This document shows positions 38,702 to 55,208 of a stretch of 64,000 nucleotides of DNA, piece by piece. The stretch's first letter is position 1; every line of letters begins with the position of its first letter. The stretch lies in contig CAVZZO010000003.1 of assembly GCA_963779755.1 (NCBI GenBank), positions 1,376,001 through 1,440,000 on the forward strand, given 5' to 3'. Source of the stretch: an uncultured Gemmatimonadales bacterium. GTDB taxonomy: Bacteria > Gemmatimonadota > Gemmatimonadetes > Gemmatimonadales > GWC2-71-9. The position numbers were made by a program, and so were the translations under genes. Under the pieces are notes generated by a model, which saw nothing but the letters and a program-made list of their open reading frames with translations, had not been told where the DNA came from and searched no databases.

Positions 38702-39924
38702 TTACAGCTCCAGCCCCTTGCCGATGGTGAAGTAGAACGTCGCCCCCTGTTCGGGCAGTCCCTCGGCCCAGACCCGGCCGCCATGGCGATAGATAATCCG
38801 CTGCACGGTGGCCAGGCCGATGCCGCTGCCGGGGTAGTCCTCGGAGCGGTGCAGCCGCTGAAAGGGGCCAAAGAGCCGGTCCGCGTAGTTCATGTCGAAT
38901 CCGGCGCCGTTGTCCCGCACGAAGAAGACCGGCTCGCCGTCGCGGACGATGCTTCCCACCTGAATCCTGGCGCCCTCGCGCCGGGCGGTGAACTTCCAGG
39001 CATTCCCCAGCAGGTTCTCCATGACCAGCTGCAGCAGCTGCGGGTCGGCCAGGACCGACATCCCCGGCCGGATCACCACCTGCACCTGCCGGCCGGGCTC
39101 CAGCTCCTCCAGCCGGGAGACGATGCTGGCCGACAGGGCGCTCAGGTCCACCTCCAGGCGCCGGGGTGAGGCCTGGCTGAACTCCGAGAGCCGCATGACG
39201 CTGACGATGAGCGACTCCATCTGGTCGATGGACTCGCAGATGCGGTCCAGGTAGTGGCCGCCCTCGCCGCCCAGATGGCCGGCGCTGGTTTCCAGCAGCG
39301 CCCGGCTGAAGTTCCGGATGCGGCGCAGGGGCGCGCGCAGGTCGTGCGAGACGGCATAGCTGAAGCTTTCCAGCTCGCGGTTCTTGCGCCGCAACTCCTC
39401 GACCAGGGCGGCGCGGGTCTCGGCCAGCTGGGTGGCCCGGCGTTCCTTTTCCTGGAGCTGGCGCGCCTGGCGGCCCAGCAGCTCGTTCTTGCGGGCCAGC
39501 TCGACGAACACCCGGACCTTGGAGCGCACGAACTCCGGGATGATGGGTTTGATCAGGTAGTCCACCGCGCCCAGCTCGTAGCCGCGCCAGGCCAGCTCGG
39601 TGCTGCGCGAGTCGGCCGTGAGGAAGATGATGGGCGTGGCGCTGCTGCGCTCGCGCTGCCGCACCAGCTCGGCGGTCTGGAAGCCGTCGAGATCGGGCAT
39701 CTTCACGTCGAGCAGAATGACGGCGCAGTCGTTCGAGAGGAGCCAGCGCAGCGCCTCGCGGCCCGAGGCCGCGCGCACCAGGTTCTCGCCCAGGTCCTGC
39801 AGCACGGCTTCCAGCGCCAGGAGGTTGGCCGGCTGATCGTCCACCAGCAGCACGTTGACCGGATCGGCCCTGGGCGCCTCGGCTTCCGCCCCGGCCGGCG
39901 CGGCGGTCTTCAGTTCGGTGCCGG

Positions 39925-39928
<4 letters not shown>
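38702..39928 (-). CDS. Hybrid receiver-histidine kinase
   Basis: [48 protein letters not shown]. Confidence 0.92.
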
Positions 39929-46071
<6,143 letters not shown>

Positions 46072-46327
46072 GAGAAGGCACTCCGGAGTGTGATGTGACG
46101 CAGGCACCACGCAACTGGACGGGTGAGATCTGATATTTTGCGGAGAAAACGGGCTCCCCAAACCCGCTACAGTAGGAGCCCGCTCACCTCTGCAATATGA
46201 CTTTTGACCCGATTCTGCGCCGTCGCCCAAAGTCCTGCATGCTTGTAGGCAAATTTCTCATTGACCCGGCGCCCTCTGTGTGCCGAGATTCCGCTCCTGC
46301 ATTGATCCGCCCTCCGGAGGTGTTCCA

Positions 46328-48229
46328 CTGGCCGCCCCGACCCTGAGCCCCCCTGCCGCTGCGCCGGTCCAGATTCTGATTCTCGAAGACGAGGCCATGG
46401 ACGCCGAGCTGGTGGAGTACGAGTTGCGCAAGACCGGCCTGCCGTTCGCGCTGCACCGGGTGGATAGCCGGGAGCGCTTCACCCGGGAGCTGGTGGAGCA
46501 CCGGCCCGACCTGATTCTCTCCGACTACACCCTGCCGGCCTTCGACGGCATGGCCGCGCTGGAGCTGGCCCGCGAGCTGGCCCCCGGCGTTCCCTTCCTT
46601 ATCCTCACCGGCTCTATCAACGAGGAGACCGCGGTCCGCTGCATGAAGGCTGGCGCCACCGACTACCTGCTCAAGAACAACCTGGCGCGCATCGGGCCCG
46701 CCATTGCCCGGGCACTGGAGCGGGAGCGCTCGCGGGCGGAAAAGAAGGAGGCCCAGGCGGCGCTGCGCCGCTCGGAGGCGCGGCTGCGGGCCATTATCGA
46801 CCACAGCCTCCAGGCGTTCGTGCTGCTGGACCGGATGGGCACCATCCAGACCCTGAACCGGCGGGCTGTCGAGTGGCTCAACCGGATGGTGGATCACGGA
46901 CCGAACGAAGGCGACGACTTCTATCAGATCGACCCGTTCCGGGGAAAGGATTGGCAGAACGCTTTCGACCTCGCCTTGCAGGGAAAAATCCTGACACGGG
47001 AGCACACGCTGGCAGTCCCGGGCTCCGAGGCCCGCTGGTTCGAGACCACTCACGCCCCGGTCATGGACGAGGACGAGGTCATCGGCGTCTGCCTCAGCCT
47101 CAGCGATATCACCGAGCGGAAGCGCGCCGAAGAGGAACTGCGGGAGAGCGAGGCCCGGTTCCGCACCCTGGCCGATTCGGCTCCGGTGCTGATCTGGATG
47201 GCCAACCGCGGCGGGCGGATCACCTACGTCAACCGCCGCTGGCTCGAGTTCACCGGGCGGGAGGCGTCCGCCGAGGCAGGGAACAGCTGGCTGGAGCGGG
47301 TACATCCCGAGGACCGCGCCCGCTGCGCCGCCGAACGGAGCGAAGCCATCCACGCCGGGCGGCCGTTCACGCTGGAATTCCGGCTGCAACGAGCCGACCG
47401 GGAGTACCGCTGGATGCTCGACACCGGCACACCGCGCTGCTCTTCGGATGGTGAGCTGGCCGGCTACATCGGCTCCTGCCTGGATATTACCGACCGCAAG
47501 CAGGCCGAAGCGGAGTTGAGCGATTTTGCCCAGCGGCTGGCGCGGAGCAACCGCGAGTTGGAGCAGTTCGCCTATATCGCCTCGCACGACCTGCAGGAGC
47601 CGCTGCGGATGGTCTCCAGCTATACCGAGATGCTGGCGCGGCGCTATCGGGGCAAGCTGGACGAGCGAGCCGACGAGTACATCGGCTACACCGTGGACGG
47701 TGTGAAACGCATGCACGCCCTCATCGGCGACCTGCTGGCGCTCTCCCGGGTGGAGGTGACCCCGCGGCAGTTCCCGCCGCTGCTGCTTTCCCTGGCGGTC
47801 AAGGAGGCAATGGGGAATCTCCGGCGGGCCATCGAGGACGCCGGCGCCGAGGTCACGGTGGGCGAGCTGCCGATGGTGAAGGCCGACGGCACCCAGATGG
47901 TGCAGCTCTTCCAGAACCTGATCGGCAATGCGCTCAAGTTCCGGGGCGAGGCGCCGCCCCGGGTGCGGATCGAGGCGGCGGAAGGGGAGGAACCGGTCGT
48001 CAGCGTGGCGGACAACGGCATCGGCATCGCGGCCGAGCACCGGGAGAAGATCTTCGGCATGTTCCAGCGGCTCCATTCCCGCAGCGAATACGCCGGCACC
48101 GGGATCGGGCTGGCGGTGTGCCGCAAGATCGTGGACCGGCACGGCGGGAGGATCTGGGTGGAATCGGAGCCGGGCCAGGGATGCACGTTCTTCGTGGCGT
48201 TTCCGGCGGTGAGCGAGGAAGTCCTTTAG
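46328..48229 (+). CDS. REC-PAS-PAS histidine kinase
   Basis: ILILEDE, LSDYTLP, two PAS/PAC regions, SHDLQEPL, NLIGNALKF, GTGIGLA. Start uncertain (CTG 46328 or GTG 46280). Confidence 0.88.
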   Translation: MAAPTLSPPAAAPVQILILEDEAMDAELVEYELRKTGLPFALHRVDSRERFTRELVEHRPDLILSDYTLPAFDGMAALELARELAPGVPFLILTGSINEETAVRCMKAGATDYLLKNNLARIGPAIARALERERSRAEKKEAQAALRRSEARLRAIIDHSLQAFVLLDRMGTIQTLNRRAVEWLNRMVDHGPNEGDDFYQIDPFRGKDWQNAFDLALQGKILTREHTLAVPGSEARWFETTHAPVMDEDEVIGVCLSLSDITERKRAEEELRESEARFRTLADSAPVLIWMANRGGRITYVNRRWLEFTGREASAEAGNSWLERVHPEDRARCAAERSEAIHAGRPFTLEFRLQRADREYRWMLDTGTPRCSSDGELAGYIGSCLDITDRKQAEAELSDFAQRLARSNRELEQFAYIASHDLQEPLRMVSSYTEMLARRYRGKLDERADEYIGYTVDGVKRMHALIGDLLALSRVEVTPRQFPPLLLSLAVKEAMGNLRRAIEDAGAEVTVGELPMVKADGTQMVQLFQNLIGNALKFRGEAPPRVRIEAAEGEEPVVSVADNGIGIAAEHREKIFGMFQRLHSRSEYAGTGIGLAVCRKIVDRHGGRIWVESEPGQGCTFFVAFPAVSEEVL

Positions 48230-48337
48230 GGCCGCCTTGCCGCCTTCCCACCTTCTTAAGCCTCTCTTCAGGCCCCGGGCGGTACGATGCATAGGCATTC
48301 CGCCACACCGGCGGGGTGCCTGCCCAGGAGGTGTCCC

Positions 48338-48775
48338 ATGTCCGCTGGAAGCATCTGCAGCCGCATCATCGTGACCGCCATGCCGGGAGAGTCGGTCCGG
48401 ACCGCCGCCCGGCGCATGGCGGAGAATGAAGTCGGCACCGTCGTTGTACTGCACCCCGAATTTCAGGGCCGCCCCTTCGGGATCCTCACCGATCGCGACG
48501 TGGCGGTGCGCTGTCTTGCCCGCGGGCTCGATCCCGACGAGACGGCGATCTCGAAGATCATGAGCACCCCGGTGCAGTCGCTGGAGGAACACACGCCGCT
48601 GGTGGAGGCGATCAGCCGCATGGCGGCCGGAGCGGTCCGCCGCGTGATCGTGACCGGCGAAGAAGGCCGGGTGGTGGGGATCCTGAGCCTGGACGACATC
48701 CTCGATCTGCTGGTGCTCGAGGCCTCGTCGCTGGGCCGGCTGCTGGAGAAGCAGCGCCCCGCGCTCAAGGTGTAA
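48338..48775 (+). CDS. CBS domain pair protein
   Basis: RBS AGGAGG; GILTDRD and VGILSLDD. Confidence 0.88.
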   Translation: MSAGSICSRIIVTAMPGESVRTAARRMAENEVGTVVVLHPEFQGRPFGILTDRDVAVRCLARGLDPDETAISKIMSTPVQSLEEHTPLVEAISRMAAGAVRRVIVTGEEGRVVGILSLDDILDLLVLEASSLGRLLEKQRPALKV

Positions 48776-48859
48776 GAGGTGAGACGTAAGACGTGAGGCG
48801 TGAGACGGGGGGGGCAGGTCCACTGACTCCCCCCTCTCCACCCCCTTACTATTCCCTTC

Positions 48860-49774
48860 ATGCCCGCCTCTACCAGTGCGCTCGTTGCGCTCGCCATGAT
48901 GGCCGCCCGGGCCGACGGCCAGACCGTGCCCGCCGAAGAGGACGCGATCCAGGCTTTCGTCACCCGCCTCGGCTCACCCGACATCTCGCGCCTGGCCGAA
49001 CAGGTCGCCTCCCGCCACCTGCGGGTGGCCGACCTGGCCGAGCGGATCACCGACCCCGCCGAGAAGAAGCTGGCCTATGAGACGGCGCTGGCGGTCTGCC
49101 ACGCCGACGGGGCTGCCAACCCGGCGGAGCAGCAGTTCCTGGAGGAGCTGCGCCAGGCGCTGGGGCTCAGCCCGGAGGAGGTCGCCGCCATGAGCGCGAC
49201 GGCCGACTCGCTGGCCACGGCATCGTTGGAGGTCCACCAGGCCGGCAGCGGCCCCGCGGCGGAGGGTGAAGCCGCGCTGGACCAGCTCATCCTCCAGCAG
49301 GCCATCCTCACCGGCGCGGTGGAGATCCTGCCGGATCGGCTGGCGAATATCGCGGTACTGCCGCTCCAGCTCCGGCTGGTCTATCAGATCGGCAAGCACT
49401 ACGGCCAGCAGCTGGACGGCGATCAGATCAAGGACCTGGCGGTCACCATGGGTCTGGGCACCGCGGCGCAGGCGATGGAGGGCGTGGTGCTGAAGCTGGT
49501 GGGCGGGCTGGCCGGCGGGCTCCTGGGCGGAGTGTTCGGCGGAGCCGGCCGGATCGCCGCCGGCGCCACCGTGACCTTCGCGGCCACCTACGCGCTGGGC
49601 CACGTGGCGAAGCAGTACTACGCTCAGGGCCGCCGCCTCAGCGCCGACGATCTCCGGGGTCTGTTCCAGCGGTTCAAGGACGAGGCGAATACCATCTATC
49701 CCAGGGTGGAGCAGGAGATCCGCTCCAAGGCGAGCGGGCTGGACCTGCGATCGCTGGCGGGGAAACCGACCTGA
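48860..49774 (+). CDS. TerB/DUF533-like N-terminal domain fused to a DUF697-like domain
   Basis: MAARADG, AVCHADG..NPAEQQFL; LPLQLRLVYQIGKHYG, FAATYALG. Confidence 0.7.
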   Translation: MPASTSALVALAMMAARADGQTVPAEEDAIQAFVTRLGSPDISRLAEQVASRHLRVADLAERITDPAEKKLAYETALAVCHADGAANPAEQQFLEELRQALGLSPEEVAAMSATADSLATASLEVHQAGSGPAAEGEAALDQLILQQAILTGAVEILPDRLANIAVLPLQLRLVYQIGKHYGQQLDGDQIKDLAVTMGLGTAAQAMEGVVLKLVGGLAGGLLGGVFGGAGRIAAGATVTFAATYALGHVAKQYYAQGRRLSADDLRGLFQRFKDEANTIYPRVEQEIRSKASGLDLRSLAGKPT

Positions 49775-49794
49775 CCCCTGTCGCCCTTCCCTCA

Positions 49795-50923
49795 CCTTAG
49801 CCCCCTGTTCCCCCTCTGACCTAACCCCATGTCCCCCTTCTGACCTAACCCCCTGTCCCCTTCTGACCTAACCCCCTGTCCCCTTCTGACCTAACCCCCT
49901 GTCCCCTTCTGACCTAACCCCCTGTCCCCCTTCCCTGTTGGGAAGGGGGAACCGGAATCCCGGGCTACCGTCGTCTCGAGCGCGCCGTCTGACCCAACCC
50001 CCTGTCCCCCTTCCCTATCGGGAAGGGGGAACCGGAGTCCCGGACTACCGTCGTCTCGAGCGCGCCGTCTGACCCAACCCCCTGTCCCCCTTCCCTATCG
50101 GGAAGGGGGAACCGGAATCCCGGACTACCGTCGTCTCGAGCGCGCCGTCTGACCCAACCCCCTGTCCCCCTTCCCTATCGGGAAGGGGGAACCGGAGTCC
50201 CGGACTACCGTCGTCCCCGAGCGCGCCGTCTGACCCAACCCCCTGTCCCCCTTCCCTATCGGGAAGGGGGAACCGGAGTCCCGGACTACCGTCGTACCCG
50301 CGCGCGACGTCTCACCTGACCCCCTGTCCCCCTTCCCTGTTGGGAAGGGGGAACCGGAATCCCGGACTACCGTCGTCCCGAGCGCGCCGCCTCACCTGAC
50401 CCCCTGTCCCCCTTCCCTGTTGGGAAGGGGGAACCGGAATCCCGGACTTCTGTCGCACCCACGCGCGCCGTCTGACCTGACCCCCTGTCTCCCTTCCCTG
50501 TTGGGAAGGGGGAACCGGAATCCCGGACTACCGTCGTCCCAGCGCGCCGCCTCACCTGACCCCCTGTCCCCCTTCCCTATTGGGAAGGGGGAACCGGAAT
50601 CCCGGACTTCTGTCGTCCCCGCGCGCGCCGCCTCACCTGACCCCCTGTCCCCCTTCCCTATCGGGAAGGGGGAACCGGAATCCCGGACTACGGTCGTCCC
50701 CGCGCGCGCCGTCTGACCCAACCCCCTGTCCCCCTTCCCTGTTGGGAAGAGGAACCGGAATCCCGGACTTCTGTCGCACCCGCGCGCGCCGTCTGACCCA
50801 ACCCCCTGTCCCCCTTCCCTATCGGGAAGGGGGAACCGGAATCCCGGACTACGGTCGTCCCCACGCGCGCCGTCTGACCCAACCCCCTGTCCCCCTTCCC
50901 TATCGGGAAGGGGGAACCGGAAT
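49795..50923. repeat. About five 23-mers followed by 13 copies of an ~80-bp P-type hairpin unit
   Basis: (CTGACCTAACCCCCTGTCCCCTT)n, then CCCCCTGTCCCCCTTCCCT(GTT/ATY)GGGAAGGGGGAACCGGARTCCCGGACT... every 79-81 bp. Confidence 0.95.
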
Positions 50924-51964
50924 AAGCTCCGCCTGGATGAACTGCAGCACCGTCACCTCTTCCCGCCGGAGGGCGGCGCTGGGATGCTGCGCCCGCTTGC
51001 CCTTCCGGGGCGGCGGGATGGTGCGGCCGGCAAAATAGGCCTCGAGGACGGCAGGATGGACGTAGTACTTCCGGCAGACGGCACGGGTGTTCCGCAGCCG
51101 GTGGGCCACCCGGTCGAGGGCCAGGTTGATGTTCCGCCGGGCCTGCCGCTCCGACTCGGCGGGCCCCAGCTCCCGTAACGCGCCGGCGGCCAGCATGGTG
51201 CCGCTCCAGGTGCGGAAATCCTTGGCCGTTACCTCGCGGCCGGTGATGTGGCGCAGGTACTCGTTCACATCGTCCGAGCCGATCGCCTGCCGCTTGCCGT
51301 CTTCATCCACATACTTGAAGAGCTGCTGGCCGGGGAGATCCTGGAGCTGCTGGACGATCCGCGCCAGCCGCCGGTCGGTGAGCGCCACCGAGTGCTGGAT
51401 GCCGCTCTTGCCCTTGAATTCGAACCGGATGCTGTGCCCCTTCACCTCCACGTGGTGGCGGCGCAGCGTGGTGAGGCCGTAGCTCTTGTTGGCCTTGGTG
51501 TATTCGTCGTTGCCCACCCGGATGAGCGTGCGGTCCAGCAGGCGTACGACCGTGGCGAGGAGCTTGCGGCGCGGGAGCCCGGGCAGGGCGAGGTCGCGCT
51601 CGACCTTCTCCCGTAGCCGGGGCAGCGCCTGGCTGAAGGTGAGCATGCGGCCGAACTTGGACTGGTCGCGCAGGTCGCGGAAGCGGGGGTGGTAGCGGTA
51701 CTGCTTGCGGCCCTTGGCGTCGCGGGCGGTGGCCTGAATGTGGCCGTCGGGGTCGGGACAGATCCACACGTCGGTCCAGGCCGGCGGGATGGCGAGCGAG
51801 GCGAGCCGGTTGCGCTCCGCGGCGCCGGTGATGCGGGTGCCGTCGGGCGCGTAGTAGGCGAAGCCGGTGCCTACTCTCCTGCGGGCAATGCCGCGCTCGC
51901 CGTCGGTGACATAATGAATCCCGGCGGCGGTGAGGTCCTGGAATTGAGCCTGCGGCTTCGCCAT
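50900..51964 (-). CDS. Bacterial DNA topoisomerase IB
   Basis: LAIPPAWTDVWI, GRKQYRYH, IRVGN, FKGKSG, KDFRTW, NTRAVCRKYYVHP. Confidence 0.95.
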   Translation of the reverse strand: MAKPQAQFQDLTAAGIHYVTDGERGIARRRVGTGFAYYAPDGTRITGAAERNRLASLAIPPAWTDVWICPDPDGHIQATARDAKGRKQYRYHPRFRDLRDQSKFGRMLTFSQALPRLREKVERDLALPGLPRRKLLATVVRLLDRTLIRVGNDEYTKANKSYGLTTLRRHHVEVKGHSIRFEFKGKSGIQHSVALTDRRLARIVQQLQDLPGQQLFKYVDEDGKRQAIGSDDVNEYLRHITGREVTAKDFRTWSGTMLAAGALRELGPAESERQARRNINLALDRVAHRLRNTRAVCRKYYVHPAVLEAYFAGRTIPPPRKGKRAQHPSAALRREEVTVLQFIQAELIPVPPSR

Positions 51965-51983
51965 GGCTCCCTGCTCCACTCGA

Positions 51984-52347
51984 GGCTAACTGCGTAACCG
52001 CGAAGACGCGAAGACGCGAAGGATCGCAAAGTGATTGTTAATGGGTGACAACTCGAGTCTTCTCACCGGCTCAAGCGCAGGATTGCTGCACCCCCAAAAT
52101 CTCTCTTCGCGTAGTTCTTCGCGCCTCCGCGTCTTCGCGGTTAGCGCCGCAGGCAAACCGTCGGGGCACGCTTGGCTAACTACGTTAACCGCGAAGGCGC
52201 GAAGAGCGCGAAGGAGCGCGAACGTGGTTGTCTGTGAATGGCGACTCGAGCCGCCTTGCCCGCTCGTGATCTGGACTGCTGTACCCCAAAAAGGTCTTCT
52301 TCGCGTACCTTCGCGTCTTCGCGTCTTCGCGGTAGCGCCGCAGGCAA
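51984..52347. repeat. Two tandem long inverted-repeat units (190-bp period) with different centres
   Basis: GGCTAACT..AACCGCGAAG(ACGCGAAG)n ... (CTTCGCGT)nCTTCGCGGT..AGCGCCGCAGGCAA at 51984-52156 and 52174-52347. Confidence 0.85.
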
Positions 52348-52366
52348 GCTGTGCCAGTGCGTTGAG

Positions 52367-54181
52367 CTAAGGCTTGCCTACGACGGCACCGTCCGGCAGC
52401 TCCTCCCCGGGATTGACGAACCGGTCCATCTCCACCCCGTACTGCTTCTCGTACAGCCGGCGGTAGCGCCCGTTCAGGGCCAGGAGCTCGTCCTGGGTTC
52501 CCCGCTCCACCACCCGGCCGTCGTCGAGCACCAGGATCTGGTCGGCGCTGGCGATGGTGCTCAGCCGGTGGGCGATGACGAAGGTGGTGCGCCCCTGCCG
52601 CAGGTGCCGCAAGCCGTCGCGGATCAGGGCCTCGCTCTCGGAGTCGAGCGAGCTGGTCGCCTCGTCCAGGATCAGGATCTTCGGATCGGCCAGGATGGCC
52701 CGGGCGATGGCCACCCGCTGGCGCTGGCCGCCGGAGAGCTTCACCCCCCGCTCGCCCACCACGGTATCGTAGCCCTTTTCCATGCGGGAGACGAACTCGT
52801 CGCAGTGGGCCACGTGGCCGGCCGCTTCAATTTCCGCGCGGCCGGCACCCGGCGCGGAGTAGGCAATATTCTCCGCGATGGTGCCGTCGAAGAGGAAATT
52901 GTCCTGGAGCACCACGCCCAGGTTGGTACGGTAGTCGCGCAGGCGCAAGTCGCCCAGGTCGATCCCGTCCACCAGCACCCGGCCCGTGGTGGGCCGGTTG
53001 AAGGCCATGATGAGCGAGATCATGGTGCTCTTGCCCGAGCCGCTGGGGCCCACCAGCGCCGTGGTGGTCCCGGCCGGCGCGGTGAAGGTCACCTCCCGCA
53101 GGACGGGCACGCCCTTCTCGTACTCGAACGACACGTCCTGAAACATCACCTGCCCTTCCAGCTCGGGCACGGGCCGGCGGTCGCGGTCGTGCTCGTCCTC
53201 GGTGGTGAGCTCGCGGATCTCCCGGATCCGGTCCAGGCCGGCGAAGGCTTCGCTGATCTGGGTGCCGATGGACGCGACGCCGATCAACGGCGCCGCCACC
53301 AGCCCGATGAAGAAGACGTACATCACGAAGTCGCCCAGCGACATCGTGTGATCGAGAATGGCGCGGCCGCCCACCAGGATCAGCATCACCCCCACGATTC
53401 CCACCAGCAGGGTGGTGAAGCTGGAGACCGCATTCACCCCCACGATGCTCTTCGCGATGTTGCGGAAGAGCCGGTGCACGCCCCGCGCGAAGACCAGCTT
53501 CTCCCGCCGCTCGGCGGTATAGGTCTTCACCAGCCGGATACCGCCCACGGTTTCGGCCAGGCGGCCGGTGACGTCGGCGTTGATCTCGCCTCGCTCGCGG
53601 AAGATGGGCCGCAGCCGGCGAAACCCGACGAACATGACGACCCCGAAGGCGGCGATCACGGCCAGCGTCATGCTGGTGAGCCGCCAATTGAGCCAGAAGA
53701 GCACGCCCAGCGCCAGCGAGGCGGTGAAGATTCCGCCCACCAGCTGCACCAGTCCGGTGCCCACCAGGTTCCGCACACCTTCGGCATCCGTCATGATGCG
53801 GGAGATGAGGATCCCGCTCTTGGTGGAGTCGAAATAGCTTATGGGGAGGCGGAGGACATGCTCCTGCACGTCCTTTCGCATTTCGGTGATGGCGCGCTGG
53901 GCCGCGACGCTCATCACCAGCGCCAGGGCGTAGCCGGTGCCGGCCTGGACCAGCGTGGCGGCGCCGGCGGCGAGCGCCAGCGGCACCAGCAGGTGGGTGT
54001 CGCCTTTGCCGAGGACGCGGTCGATCAGGAATTTGGAGCTGCCGGGCAGCACGAAGCCGGCGAGCCGGTTCACCAGCATGAGTGCCAGGCCAAGCGAGAG
54101 CCGGCCGCGGTAGGTCCAGATCAGGGCCCGGGCTTCGCGCCACGCGCTGGCGGCGGAGATCCGGCGTTTGGGTTGGGGCAT
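52367..54181 (-). CDS. ABC exporter, fused TMD-NBD (MsbA/MdlB-like)
   Basis: GPSGSGKST, LSGGQRQR, ILILDEATSSLD, IAHRLST; N-terminal TM helices. Confidence 0.95.
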   Translation of the reverse strand: MPQPKRRISAASAWREARALIWTYRGRLSLGLALMLVNRLAGFVLPGSSKFLIDRVLGKGDTHLLVPLALAAGAATLVQAGTGYALALVMSVAAQRAITEMRKDVQEHVLRLPISYFDSTKSGILISRIMTDAEGVRNLVGTGLVQLVGGIFTASLALGVLFWLNWRLTSMTLAVIAAFGVVMFVGFRRLRPIFRERGEINADVTGRLAETVGGIRLVKTYTAERREKLVFARGVHRLFRNIAKSIVGVNAVSSFTTLLVGIVGVMLILVGGRAILDHTMSLGDFVMYVFFIGLVAAPLIGVASIGTQISEAFAGLDRIREIRELTTEDEHDRDRRPVPELEGQVMFQDVSFEYEKGVPVLREVTFTAPAGTTTALVGPSGSGKSTMISLIMAFNRPTTGRVLVDGIDLGDLRLRDYRTNLGVVLQDNFLFDGTIAENIAYSAPGAGRAEIEAAGHVAHCDEFVSRMEKGYDTVVGERGVKLSGGQRQRVAIARAILADPKILILDEATSSLDSESEALIRDGLRHLRQGRTTFVIAHRLSTIASADQILVLDDGRVVERGTQDELLALNGRYRRLYEKQYGVEMDRFVNPGEELPDGAVVGKP

Positions 54182-54231
54182 TCATGAAGATACTGGAGTG
54201 GGCAGAGAGGGCGGCAGGGCGGCCCCCTCTG

Positions 54232-54790
54232 AGCCTCACCCCCTGGCCCCCTCTCCACTGCGTGGAGAGGGGGAACGGCGGAAAGGGATATCGCGTGCGG
54301 TCACCCTGAGCGATAGCGAAGGGGCCGAAGCCGATCGAATGATTCCGGCGCGACCTAACCCCCTGTCCCCCTTCCCTGGCGGGAAGGGGGAACGGGGACA
54401 TTGAGCATCGCGCGCTGTCACCCTGAGCGATAGCGAAGGGGCCGAAGCCGATCGAAGGATTCCGGCGCGACCTAACCCCCTGTCCCCCTTCCCTGGCGGG
54501 AAGGGGGAACGGGGACATTGAGCATCGCGCGCTGTCACCCTGAGCGATAGCGAGGGGGCCGAAGCCGATCGAAGGATTCCGGGGCGACCTAACCCCCGTC
54601 CCCCTTCCCTGGCGGGAAGGGGGAACGGGGACATTGAGCATCGCGCGCTGTCACCCTGAGCGATAGCGAGGGGGCCGAAGCCAATCGAATGATTCCGGCC
54701 GCTTCGCTGCGCTCAGCGTGACAGTGCATTGGCAGCCGCGGCCATTGCGAGCTGGCGCCAGCGGGCGAAGCAATTTCCTCAGGTTGCGCA
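54232..54790. repeat. Composite palindrome array, ~117-bp period (Q + [T+P]x3 + T/T' + U)
   Basis: T modules (TCACCCTGAGCGATAGCGA) at 54299, 54416, 54533, 54649, alternating with P hairpins. Confidence 0.93.
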
Positions 54791-55208
54791 AGGTGTCCAG
54801 GTCCAGATCCTCTCCTCCCTGTCCCCACTGAAGCGAAGCACGGGTTCGAACCCGCAATCACGCCTCGCGCCTTACCGACCTCCGCGACGCCCACTTACGC
54901 CTCCCCCCTTACCCCGGTACCGCCCCCGTACCGCCGCGAAAATCGGCGTTCTCTGCACCCTCCGGCCGGTGCCCTCCGCGCTGCGGAATTCCGACCCCGC
55001 GCTCCCCCTTGACTCCGTATTTCACTGGTACCAGGCAACTTGAGCCCTCCTGTTCCCGGTAATCCGGGCACATGCCCGGACCGCCCCGCACAGGGCATGG
55101 ATTCTGCTCCTCAGGCCATGCCGAAATCATTCCCCATTCCCAGATCGATCGGGGCTCCCCCGCCCTGTCGGATAGCGTTTCAGTCTCTTCCTTCAAAGGA
55201 GTGGTCCC

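Noticed and set aside
49795..50923. CRISPR array
   Set aside because: Sequences between the hairpins are near-identical rather than unique spacers, and no cas genes are present.
50367..51038. Small ORFs within repeat arrays (also at 54.2-54.9, 57.4-57.9 and 62.6-63.7 kb)
   Set aside because: Translations of palindromic repeats with no RBS or protein motifs.
51984..52156. attC site (GGCTAAC...GTTAGCG)
   Set aside because: Does not fit RYYYAAC/GTTRRRY strictly, is longer than typical, and the second unit lacks GTT.
54828..54905. tRNA suggested by GGGTTCGAACCC
   Set aside because: The T-stem does not pair with a 7-nt loop, and no D or anticodon arm could be built by hand.
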